From the IMG/VR virus record IMGVR_UViG_2124908035_000001, positions 1-55,349 of that record: a stretch of DNA of 55,349 bases; one strand, 5' to 3'. This stretch comes from a virus. Its lineage: Duplodnaviria > Caudoviricetes. Shown here in pieces: positions 46,131 to 54,220 of this stretch (position 1 is its first letter; the number at the start of each line of letters is the position of its first letter). Below the pieces are notes generated by a model that was given only the letters and a program-made list of their open reading frames with translations, did not search any database and was not told the DNA's origin. A program made the translations under genes and the position numbers.

Positions 46131-46211
46131 CAGGCGGGGACAGTTCAGTTATTTGCTACGTCCGCTCCGAAACTGGAGACGGACGGACTCTTGAGCAAAA
46201 GGATATTGACT

Positions 46212-46553
46212 ATGACCATTGGGGAACTAATCTCCATCGCGTCTGTCGCTTTTGGGATTGGGAGTGGAGGAGTAGCCCTTTACATCCGATCCAAAATTTC
46301 CGAGACTATTATTTCAAGACTAAACGGGAGGTACGTGGGCAGCGGGATCTGCGCGGAGCGCCATCTAGCTTTGACGGCACAACTCTCCAGAATGGAACAC
46401 AGGTCGGACCAATTCACCAACGAAATGCGAAACAGTTTTAGCTCTCTACAAACCCGCCTGTTCGCTGCACAGGTAAACCGCGACGACATCGTGCGGGAGC
46501 AGATTGTGAGAGAGCACCGAGTAGAAGATCAATATGGAGAAAGATCCGGTTAG
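46212..46553 (+). CDS. N-terminal TM coiled-coil protein
   Basis: Hydrophobic N-terminus. Confidence 0.55.
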   Translation: MTIGELISIASVAFGIGSGGVALYIRSKISETIISRLNGRYVGSGICAERHLALTAQLSRMEHRSDQFTNEMRNSFSSLQTRLFAAQVNRDDIVREQIVREHRVEDQYGERSG

Positions 46554-46572
46554 CAGATAAAGAAAGGAACCA

Positions 46573-47193
46573 ATGGAACCAGCACCAGCAATCAGTTTAG
46601 CCACCCCGGCAGACTATGTGGAGTTCGACGCCTACACGGCCGCTGTCGTGGCAGAGATCAAGGCGCAAGGCTTCGCGGCCCTTACGGCCAAAGAGAACTT
46701 GGGCGACAAGGTCACGGCATCTGGCTACGATACTTCGCCCGGGATTGCCTTCAACCCCTACGCCTGGTCGGTGAACATCCCGACGTTGAATGTGGGCGTG
46801 CAACTTTACGTCGACACCTACAAGGACTTCGCAGCTGGCGATCCGATACGCGAGGCCCAGCGGCGCATCGAATTGGCTGGCGGCGTACTAAAGCCGGTTG
46901 TGGCTCCCCCGACCCCGCCCGCTGCTTCGGACGCCTGGCGCAACCTGCCCATCGGAACCGCAGTCACAATCGATGGCGTGAACTATGTTATCGAAGACAT
47001 CGGCGGTTGCGGGCCTACGCCGTGCAGGCGGAAGTCTGCCCCTGTTGCGGACCCCTCCCCAGATACCCCGACTGTTGCAGGGGAGCGCGCCGCCAGCGTG
47101 AAGTACGCCACGGGTGTCCTCTTCATGGACGCCAACGAAGATGTCCAGGCATCCTGGAAGGCATATCTGGCGTGGCTGTCGAAGAGGCCCTAA
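46573..47193 (+). CDS. Hypothetical protein, paralog of 25772-26431
   Basis: Shared ADY...DAY.AA...SGY.TSP.I.F.PY.W...IP...KD...GDP. Confidence 0.75.
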   Translation: MEPAPAISLATPADYVEFDAYTAAVVAEIKAQGFAALTAKENLGDKVTASGYDTSPGIAFNPYAWSVNIPTLNVGVQLYVDTYKDFAAGDPIREAQRRIELAGGVLKPVVAPPTPPAASDAWRNLPIGTAVTIDGVNYVIEDIGGCGPTPCRRKSAPVADPSPDTPTVAGERAASVKYATGVLFMDANEDVQASWKAYLAWLSKRP

Positions 47194-47199
47194 CCCGCC

Positions 47200-47643
47200 A
47201 TGCGAAATACCACAACGATCACAGCGCCAGCGCTTCTCGTGTTGGCGCTCGTGTTGGGTGGCTGCATCAAGCCCGGCATAAGCACCCCAACGCCACCACA
47301 GATTCAAACGGCGAACACCAGCAACATGATTGCCCAATCCGTGAAAGCTTCGGCGGACCTGCTCATCTCCGCTCGAGAGAACGGAAAGCTATCGCAGGAG
47401 AGCTTCATGGCGGCCGACGCCGTTATCAGGGTCATGGTGGACACAGGCAAGAAGATCAATGCCGAACTTCGCTCCACGACAGATCCATGGACCGTGCAGA
47501 AAAGCAAGGTTCTGACAATCGTTGTCAGTTCGGGATTGCAAGCGGCGATCCTTAAACTTCTACCCGAACCGAAGGCCATCATGCAATTGACCATCGCCAT
47601 GTTCAACGAAATCTCTCTGGGTGTAGGAGGCCCAACTTTATGA
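47200..47643 (+). CDS. Lipoprotein
   Basis: LALVLGG-C lipobox-like signal. Confidence 0.65.
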   Translation: MRNTTTITAPALLVLALVLGGCIKPGISTPTPPQIQTANTSNMIAQSVKASADLLISARENGKLSQESFMAADAVIRVMVDTGKKINAELRSTTDPWTVQKSKVLTIVVSSGLQAAILKLLPEPKAIMQLTIAMFNEISLGVGGPTL

Positions 47644-47861
47644 ACCCCTGGTTCGCAATCGCAGCAACAGCCATCCCGGAGGTACGGGCCATCGTCGTAG
47701 CGCTTTTGGCCTTTCGGAAGAAGTACCCCGACATCACCCCGGAGCAGATTCAAGCCGTGGTGATTGATATGACGTTGAACGCGGACGGCGCATACGACGC
47801 CGCTGTGTCGGCCCTCGACGCCTACGAAAAGGCGCATCCGCCGACAACGCCAACCCCGTGA
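47640..47861 (+). CDS. Hypothetical protein
   Basis: ATGA-coupled; AGGAGG RBS. Confidence 0.55.
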   Translation: MNPWFAIAATAIPEVRAIVVALLAFRKKYPDITPEQIQAVVIDMTLNADGAYDAAVSALDAYEKAHPPTTPTP

Positions 47862-48049
47862 AGACCCCATACATTCCGGGGATTCTCTGCAAGATTCTGG
47901 GCCACGGATGGAGGGAGGCGAAGCCCTCCATCTGGGTCTTGAGAGGGCAGCGGTATCGCGTGTGCGACCGTTGCCGTGCGTGCCAGGTGTTCGATGCCGG
48001 AATAGCCGAGTGGCGGCCTAAGACTCCGGCGGATGAAGGGCCCAAATAG
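47858..48049 (+). CDS. Small Cys/His protein
   Basis: LCKILGH.W...CDRC. Confidence 0.5.
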   Translation: MKTPYIPGILCKILGHGWREAKPSIWVLRGQRYRVCDRCRACQVFDAGIAEWRPKTPADEGPK

Positions 48050-48057
48050 GTGAGCAC

Positions 48058-48390
48058 ATGATGAAGAGCGAAAACTGGATTATCGTAGAGTTTGCGGCGG
48101 CCCTGTTCATTCTCGGATTTGTGAGCTTCTTCAAGGTACCGGCCTACGAAAGAGGCGTCTGGTTTGTAGCTGGAGCCTTCTCTGTGGCCTTGACCGCGAT
48201 CATGAGCTACAAGTTCGGCAAGAACATGCCCCAGCAGAGCACGGACGCGAAGCCGGGGCAGACCTCACAGACTGAGAGCACAATCAAGACCACCCCTGAC
48301 CCGCCAGCGACGCCGGCAACCCCGGCCGCTCCCACAACTCCTACGCTCCCGGCTCCTACAACCCCGGCAGAGACGGCACTCCTCCACTAA
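48058..48390 (+). CDS. Holin-like two-TM protein
   Basis: Two TM segments immediately upstream of the endolysin. Confidence 0.55.
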   Translation: MMKSENWIIVEFAAALFILGFVSFFKVPAYERGVWFVAGAFSVALTAIMSYKFGKNMPQQSTDAKPGQTSQTESTIKTTPDPPATPATPAAPTTPTLPAPTTPAETALLH

Positions 48391-48401
48391 GGTAAACTGT
48401 T

Positions 48402-48932
48402 ATGAAGCTCTCGGACAATTTCGACTCGAACGAATTCCGATGCCCTTGCAAGGCGTGTACCGGGATCGAGTCGATTGTGGCGCCCGAACTGATTGAGAAC
48501 CTGGAGAAACTGAGAGCGCTCCTCAATGCCGACATCAAGCCAGGCGAAAAGGAACACGGGCTCACGGTCACAAGCGGATGTCGCTGTCCCGACCACAATA
48601 AGAAGGAAGGCGGCGCCACCAGCAGCCGCCACCTGTACGATCCGACCACGGGCAAGGCCGGCCAAGCCGCGGACATATTCTGTACCACGAGACCGACGCG
48701 GGAGGTTTACCAGGCCGCCCTCACCATCCCAGGGTTCAAAGGCATCGGTCTCGCTCCACCCCAGATGGCCATCCCGCCGGATCCGTCGACGCACAAGCCA
48801 GGCCGGCCGGCTCTTCCGGGTTACGTGCATGTGGATGTTCGCCCTGATCTGCTCCGGTCTCAATGGGGCTATGACGACTCAGGAGCCGTGGTGGCACTTG
48901 CAACCGTCCTGCCACGAGATTGGACCGTGTGA
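48402..48932 (+). CDS. Peptidase M15A-type endolysin
   Basis: NF...EFRCPC, TSGCRC..HN..GGA..SRH, AAD, HVDVR. Confidence 0.88.
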   Translation: MKLSDNFDSNEFRCPCKACTGIESIVAPELIENLEKLRALLNADIKPGEKEHGLTVTSGCRCPDHNKKEGGATSSRHLYDPTTGKAGQAADIFCTTRPTREVYQAALTIPGFKGIGLAPPQMAIPPDPSTHKPGRPALPGYVHVDVRPDLLRSQWGYDDSGAVVALATVLPRDWTV

Positions 48933-48933
48933 A

Positions 48934-49428
48934 ATGGCAACCACCCTCGCAACCCTGATCGCGCGTATGGAAGGGTGGGGAATACCCAACGTCTGGGCCA
49001 CTCTCAATAACAACCCCGGAAACCTCCGCAACGTGGGGCAGACGGGGGCTGTAGGCACCAACGGGGGCTACGCGGTCTTCAGTTCGCCAGAGGCCGGCTG
49101 GACGGCCCTGGAGAAGCAGCTACAGTACAATGCCAACCGCGGAGACACAGTTCAAACCTTCATCACTTCGTATGCCCCCCCGAGCGAGAATGACACTGGG
49201 AACTACCTCAACTTCCTGACATCAGGACTCGGAGTGCCGGCTTCAACTCCGCTCTCTCAAGTCCTTGGAACCGATCAGGTGTCAGAGAGCGGCACCAGCG
49301 GAATCGTTCCGGCTCCGTCGAGTTACGACGTGGCATCCATGTTCCCGGATCTCTCCGGAGTTTCGATGTGGGTTTGGATTGCAGCCGCAGGAGGTATTGG
49401 GCTCCTCTTGTTCCTCAAAAGGGATTGA
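48934..49428 (+). CDS. Tail-anchored lysozyme-like protein (putative virion entry muralytic enzyme)
   Basis: IARMEG..NNNPGNLR..YAVF.SPEAG..AL..YAPPSENDT..Y; C-terminal TM followed by KRD. Confidence 0.75.
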   Translation: MATTLATLIARMEGWGIPNVWATLNNNPGNLRNVGQTGAVGTNGGYAVFSSPEAGWTALEKQLQYNANRGDTVQTFITSYAPPSENDTGNYLNFLTSGLGVPASTPLSQVLGTDQVSESGTSGIVPAPSSYDVASMFPDLSGVSMWVWIAAAGGIGLLLFLKRD

Positions 49429-49453
49429 CACGGTTTCATCCATTTGATATTCT
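49425..49453 (+). promoter_or_regulatory. Promoter for the tRNA cluster
   Basis: TTGACA-N17-TATTCT. Confidence 0.65.
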
Positions 49454-49592
49454 GAATCTGACCTAGATGGGCTTCCAGCTTGCTCGGTTCTCCGCGGGGC
49501 GGAAGGAAATGGCACCGGCCGCCCCAACAACATTATGCGCTTCCAAGCCGCTTTCGCCTCTCGTCACTGTCCCTCATCACGGTAGTTCTCAC

Positions 49593-49666
49593 GCATCGCA
49601 AGCCAATCGGTAAGGCGTAGGATTGCAACCCCTATGTGCGCGGTTCGACTCCGCGGCGATGCTCCA
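49593..49666 (+). tRNA. tRNA-Cys(GCA)
   Basis: GCATCGC/GCGATGC acceptor stem, U73, encoded CCA, GTTCGA T-loop, ttGCAac anticodon loop. Confidence 0.88.
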
Positions 49667-49667
49667 C

Positions 49668-49753
49668 GGAGGGCGCCGCTGAATGGTCGGCAATCCGGTC
49701 CGAACCCGGAGGTACGTGAAAGCGTAGGGGTTCGATTCCTCCGCCCTCCCCCA
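49668..49753 (+). tRNA. tRNA-Ser(CGA) with 8/4 acceptor/T-stem structure
   Basis: GGAGGGCG/CGCCCTCC 8-bp stem, 4-bp T-stem, long variable arm, CCA. Confidence 0.8.
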
Positions 49754-49797
49754 ACTTTCCTCTTGAATCTGATCGCATGTGGTGGTACGCTGTCCTC

Positions 49798-49873
49798 AGC
49801 GGGGTAGAGCAATTGGCAGCTCGTTGCGCTCATAACGCAAAGGTTCTCGGTTCAAGTCCGAGCCCCGCCACCA
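49798..49873 (+). tRNA. tRNA-Met(CAT), initiator-like
   Basis: ctCATaa loop, 1:72 mismatch, TTCAAGT T-loop, ACCA end. Confidence 0.88.
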
Positions 49874-49982
49874 AGATTATAGGAATACCCCACACAGACG
49901 GGATGGTAGCCAATTCCGTAAGACCCGCGTAGCAAAAACTCGCAGAGCGAGAAAGAGGGCAGGTAGCGGTGGGCCATCCAAG

Positions 49983-50034
49983 AAAGGGGCGGTTTGAGCC
50001 CAGATCGAACTGGGAACCGCCCCTTTTGATTTTT
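49983..50034 (+). terminator. Intrinsic terminator after the tRNA cluster
   Basis: aaaggggcggtt...aaccgcccctttt followed by a T-tract. Confidence 0.7.
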
Positions 50035-50141
50035 GCAGCAGACTGAGCAGAGCGGCCCGTGGAGGTACGCCGCTTGGGTCTGCACCGCCGGCGAGGCGAG
50101 GACCGCCAAACACCCCGCCCCGCCGGCACCTTCAAATCCTC

Positions 50142-50171
50142 TTGACACCCGCCAATCCCCCGCCTTATACT
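50142..50171 (+). promoter_or_regulatory. Promoter TTGACA-N18-TATACT with no clear downstream ORF
   Basis: Consensus match followed by hairpin gaagcggccgg/ccggccgcttc. Confidence 0.55.
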
Positions 50172-50380
50172 TGAGCCATCGTAGTTGCAGCGTACTGTTC
50201 AGCGTCTCCGCGAAGCGGCCGGATGATCTCGGGGGAGGTGGCCGGCCGCTTCAAACCAGCCGTTTTTAATACCCCCTTCCAGAAGACCTCCGAATTCCCT
50301 TGCTTTCCGATCTTTTCCGGTAGTACAATAAACCTGTTCGCAAAGTGTTCCGAAAAGAGTAGTAAGAAAAACGTGGGCCG

Positions 50381-50510
50381 TTGTTTTCCAAAAGAGTAGT
50401 GGTGATGCTCCGTCAGCTAAAACAGACGGCTTCTGAGGCCATGCGGCATTACAGCACCAACATTACGGCCTCCAGGCTGCATCCCAGCCTGGCCACGGCT
50501 CAGAATTACC
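50381..50510 (-). ncRNA. Putative TnpB omega-RNA (right end ending TCAC at 50402, followed by guide)
   Basis: Overlaps the tnpB 3' end; ccgtc..gacgg hairpin followed by TCAC, typical of IS200/IS605 right ends; boundaries approximate. Confidence 0.6.
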
Positions 50511-51568
50511 CGAGCCGCGGCGTGATCTCTATGCGTGGAGTACCCGCATCCGCAAATGTGTTTCCGTTGGCTGAGAGCCTTCTGCGCCACGGCCCCACAT
50601 TCCGGACACGTCTGCGATGTTCCACGCGCATCCACTTCGACCACCCGAACGCCCGCACTCTCAGCGTGGTGCTTCAGGATCGTCAGAAAGCTGGACCATC
50701 CAGCATCCGACACCGCACGAGCGAGCCGGCGGTTCCCAAGCATCCCTCGGATGTTCAGGCTTTCCACCGCGATCGCGCCATAGCGGCTCGTCAATCTATT
50801 CGCAATCTTATGGTGCTGGTCGCACCGGGTGTTCCGCACTTTGGCGTGAAGCCGTGCCACGACCTTGCGTTGCTTCCGCCGCGAGGCGGACCCTTTCTTC
50901 TTCCGACACAGCGAACGCTGCTCAATCCGGAGCTTGGGAAGAAGCGGCTTAAGGGGTTGGAGCGACGGTTCAGTGTAGCCATCGCTAGCCGTCAAAAACT
51001 TCTCAATTCCAAGGTCAATTCCAATAGCGGGCAAAACACTCTCCGCTATCGGCACGTCGAGAAGTTCACAACAGACAACCATATACCACTTTCCAGCTTC
51101 CCGTTTAATGGTGGTTGTCTTGGGTTGCCCTTCTATCGGCCGATGCAGGTTGATTCGCACCATCCCGACATGTTGGAGCCGGAGTTTGTTCCCGATGACA
51201 CGGGCACCATTTGTAATACTCGGATACGTGAAGCTGTTGAAATGGTCACGCCCTTTGAATCTCGGATAACCGGGAGATTCACCAGATTTCACGCGCCGGA
51301 AAAACGCGCAAAAAGACTTGTCGAGACGACGCATTGTGGTCTGGGCACTGGAGAAGTTCAACTTGGCAAACCAAGGGTTGACATACCGCTCAGTTTTGAA
51401 CCACGCAGACTGCTCCGTATAGCGGATGGACTTCTTGGCGGTTTCATAGGAAGTCTTCCGCTGCTCAAGGCAGACATTGTACAGTTGGCGATGCGTTTCC
51501 AGAGCGATTCCAAGTTCTCGCGTCTGATTGGCATTTGGTTCCAGCCGGTACTTGAACGCCTTGAACAT
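50417..51568 (-). CDS. tnpB: IS200/IS605-family RNA-guided nuclease TnpB
   Basis: AFKYRLEP, GYPRFK, GIDLG (RuvC-I), AVESL (RuvC-II), TSQTCPECG Zn finger, HRD (RuvC-III). Confidence 0.95.
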   Translation of the reverse strand: MFKAFKYRLEPNANQTRELGIALETHRQLYNVCLEQRKTSYETAKKSIRYTEQSAWFKTERYVNPWFAKLNFSSAQTTMRRLDKSFCAFFRRVKSGESPGYPRFKGRDHFNSFTYPSITNGARVIGNKLRLQHVGMVRINLHRPIEGQPKTTTIKREAGKWYMVVCCELLDVPIAESVLPAIGIDLGIEKFLTASDGYTEPSLQPLKPLLPKLRIEQRSLCRKKKGSASRRKQRKVVARLHAKVRNTRCDQHHKIANRLTSRYGAIAVESLNIRGMLGNRRLARAVSDAGWSSFLTILKHHAESAGVRVVEVDARGTSQTCPECGAVAQKALSQRKHICGCGYSTHRDHAAARVILSRGQAGMQPGGRNVGAVMPHGLRSRLF

Positions 51569-51697
51569 TTATTTTACGGGGCGCTTTGGGCAGGTTGTGA
51601 CATGTGCTCGAAGTTTGCCAATCGAAAAAACTTGGCCGCACCAGCCACATGGCACGTTGATCGGTGGACGGCCACCCGGATGTTTGGGCTTCTGCAC
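51569..51697 (-). CDS. 42-aa GRP/C2HC Zn-finger peptide abutting tnpB (not in ORF track)
   Basis: MQKPKHPGGRPPINVPCGWCGQVFSIGKLRAHVTTCPKRPVK; TAA directly followed by the tnpB ATG. Confidence 0.65.
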   Translation of the reverse strand: MQKPKHPGGRPPINVPCGWCGQVFSIGKLRAHVTTCPKRPVK

Positions 51698-51703
51698 GCT
51701 TTC

Positions 51704-51732
51704 AGTATGCGCCATAAACTAGTTCTTGTCAA
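51704..51732 (-). promoter_or_regulatory. Promoter TTGACA-N17-CATACT driving the Zn-finger/tnpB unit
   Basis: Same consensus as the early viral promoters. Confidence 0.7.
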
Positions 51733-51971
51733 TATCTATTATGGAAAAACATAGTCGCCCCGCTCCCAAACCCTCAGTGCTCTCCCGCGCCTTGCGCCAT
51801 GCCATAGCCCACTGTCGAACGATGTTCGAAGCGGAGATGCGCCTGCGGCCGGATGGAACCGACAATACTCCCATGGCTCAGGTGTGGAGGGAGCAGGCCC
51901 AACAGTACCGGGAGATCCTCGCCAAGATCGAACCGAAGCGGAAACCGAAAATCGGATAACGGAGAATTGAC

Positions 51972-52307
51972 ATGAAACTTGCACTTCTGTTTCTTCTGGC
52001 GGCTGGCCTGATGTTCGGGCAGACCGCTCACAGCGTGACGTTGAATTGGACGGACACACTCAATCCGGCCGGCACAACCTACAACGTCTATCGGGCGGCA
52101 GGCCCATGCAGCGGCACCCCCACGTTCTCAAAGATCACGGCGACTCCCTTGACGGACAAGACTTACGTGGACACCGCCGTCCAACCTGGGCCCTACTGCT
52201 ACGTGGCGACGGCCATGTTCAACTCGGTGGAGTCTGCCTACAGCGACTCGGCGTTGGCTTCGGTCCCGACATTTGCCGTGAAGAGTCTCACGATCGTGGT
52301 GAAATGA
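51972..52307 (+). CDS. Secreted fibronectin type III-like protein
   Basis: Signal peptide; HSVTLNW..YNVYR..YVDT....YCYVATA....ESAYS. Confidence 0.8.
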   Translation: MKLALLFLLAAGLMFGQTAHSVTLNWTDTLNPAGTTYNVYRAAGPCSGTPTFSKITATPLTDKTYVDTAVQPGPYCYVATAMFNSVESAYSDSALASVPTFAVKSLTIVVK

Positions 52308-52876
52308 CGAAACGGATTGTTCTCGCGTTGGTGCTCTCTGCCGGCGTCCTGTTGATCCCGGCAACACAGCAGACGATCGGCCCATGGGTAGGACTCCGAA
52401 TCCCGGTGTACGACAATCTGAAAAGGGGCCAGTCACAACCCTACTGGTTTTTCAAGATGGACCCCACCCAGTTCCAGTTGACACCGGACCCAGCCAGCAC
52501 CTCGGACGGAATCCTGAACATCAAATTGCCACCTCCGCCTCCGGTAGTTCCGACGCTGGAGATTGTTGCCATCCTGCCAAACGCCTATGTGGGCGTCATG
52601 TACTCCCAGTCTCTCGTCGCAGCCGGTGGGGCGCCGCCTTATATATGGAAGGTTGCAGAGGGCACCGTTCTGCCTCCGGGGTTCACTTTTACGTCGAGTG
52701 GGGTTTTGAGCGGAAAAGCTACCGCCCCTGGATCGTACCCCGTCACTGTCACCGTCACGGACGCCAATCAGGTTTCCAGGACCCTGACGTTCACCAGCGC
52801 CCCGGTCGATGTGGGCTTTGCTATATTCGCACCAGACAGCCACGGAACGTTTCAAGTGGCCACACAAGGCAAATAA
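52304..52876 (+). CDS. Secreted protein with putative Ig (He_PIG-like) domain
   Basis: LPNAYVG..YSQSL.A.GG.PPY.W....LPPG.....G.LSG....G.Y..TVTVTDA. Confidence 0.8.
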   Translation: MTKRIVLALVLSAGVLLIPATQQTIGPWVGLRIPVYDNLKRGQSQPYWFFKMDPTQFQLTPDPASTSDGILNIKLPPPPPVVPTLEIVAILPNAYVGVMYSQSLVAAGGAPPYIWKVAEGTVLPPGFTFTSSGVLSGKATAPGSYPVTVTVTDANQVSRTLTFTSAPVDVGFAIFAPDSHGTFQVATQGK

Positions 52877-52963
52877 TTGTGTGAGAATTGGGGAGTTCCA
52901 GTGAGGTACCCCATGTTTTTTTCATGTTGTAAACATCGTTGGAGCAAGGAAAGGACTTTCGTA

Positions 52964-53251
52964 ATGAAGACACTTGCAGACCTGAAAGCCGATGTGGATT
53001 TGGCAAACACGGCCCTGGAGGAATTCAAGGCCGCTGTCGCAACATCCCTTACGGGAATTGCGGGGGACGTTCAAAACCTGGATGCTCAAATTGAAGCGCT
53101 CAAAGCGCAAATCACCGATCCAGTTGCCTTGGATGCTTTGGCGGTATCGCTGGCCAGCCTCAAGGACAATGTGGGCCAGTTGAGCACCATTCAGAATCAG
53201 GCGGCGGCCGTTGACGCCGAGACACCACCGACACCGGCGCCGGGGACATAA
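52964..53251 (+). CDS. Coiled-coil hypothetical protein
   Basis: AAGGA RBS; heptad repeats. Confidence 0.6.
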   Translation: MKTLADLKADVDLANTALEEFKAAVATSLTGIAGDVQNLDAQIEALKAQITDPVALDALAVSLASLKDNVGQLSTIQNQAAAVDAETPPTPAPGT

Positions 53252-53324
53252 CCGGGAAACGCAATATAGAGGAGCGGGGCTCATTGACGGCCCCGCTTCA
53301 ACTAAGTTCCAAATGGAGAACTCC

Positions 53325-53714
53325 ATGGACCCTACTCTAACGAAGTTCCCCGCCGGCGGCCCCGGCCTACTTGCCAAGGTGGGAACCTGCGTACGGACTC
53401 GCAAAGATGCTGAGAGCCTGCGTGACGAGATTCTCCGCGGAGGCTACGAGAAGGATGTCCTCCTGACCCTCTACCGGGCCGTGTTGGCTCTCCTGGGGGA
53501 TATGGCTGCCCTTACCTCCCTGCCCGAGCCACAGCACAGCGTTGCCCTGGCCGTCTATCGCAAGCTCAAGGCCCAGTATATCGGGGGGAGCGAGTGCCGC
53601 TGCCTCAGAACGGCTACCGGGGGGATTCTCAAGCCGATGACGACGTGCCCGGTACATGGCCAGACGCCAGGGGCACAGAAGGGGATGCGAAACCTGACGG
53701 GGTTGATCCGATAA
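53325..53714 (+). CDS. Hypothetical protein
   Basis: GGAG RBS; CRC...CPVHG. Confidence 0.55.
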   Translation: MDPTLTKFPAGGPGLLAKVGTCVRTRKDAESLRDEILRGGYEKDVLLTLYRAVLALLGDMAALTSLPEPQHSVALAVYRKLKAQYIGGSECRCLRTATGGILKPMTTCPVHGQTPGAQKGMRNLTGLIR

Positions 53715-53791
53715 ATGAGCCGAATGTTCAGGGATCGAAGCTCAAAAGAACGAAACCTACGGTTTCTTTCCTTTGGATCTTTTCTTCCCTT
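53714..53791 (-). repeat. Cassette left-end repeat (site E)
   Basis: 71/78 nt identical to 17856-17933. Confidence 0.9.
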
Positions 53792-53806
53792 CCAAGAGGA
53801 CACACG

Positions 53807-54220
53807 ATGATCGTAGAATGCGCAACCTGCTACATGGCTTTCGAGGATAAATATCGAAGTACGATTTGCCCACATGACACCTTCGCGGCAAACGACGGGA
53901 AGAACAACTTCGCCCACCATCCCGAAGCCTTCCTCCGCCTCGTGGACGACAATCCCGATCCGACCGGCGTGTTCTCAAAAACCGAGTACGACTTGGCGGC
54001 CGCCAGCGGAATGAACGCTCCGCCCGAATCCATGCCCTACCTGAGAATCGGTGAATGCCGCCAGAGCATCACCGCAATTGGGATCGTATGGCCGGTCCAG
54101 TTAGTGAAGGGCCACTGCGGGTGTGGCGAGGCTCTGATGTTCAAGGACGTTGCCTTTTTCCCCGACCGTGCCGACGCAGTAGACTTCATCAATTGGAAGA
54201 ACGAGGAGAAACCACTTTGA
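53807..54220 (+). CDS. Cassette cargo hypothetical protein
   Basis: GAGGA RBS; CATC..CPH. Confidence 0.6.
   Translation: MIVECATCYMAFEDKYRSTICPHDTFAANDGKNNFAHHPEAFLRLVDDNPDPTGVFSKTEYDLAAASGMNAPPESMPYLRIGECRQSITAIGIVWPVQLVKGHCGCGEALMFKDVAFFPDRADAVDFINWKNEEKPL

Noticed and set aside
50381-51754. 457-aa plus-strand ORF
   Set aside because: Antisense shadow of tnpB.
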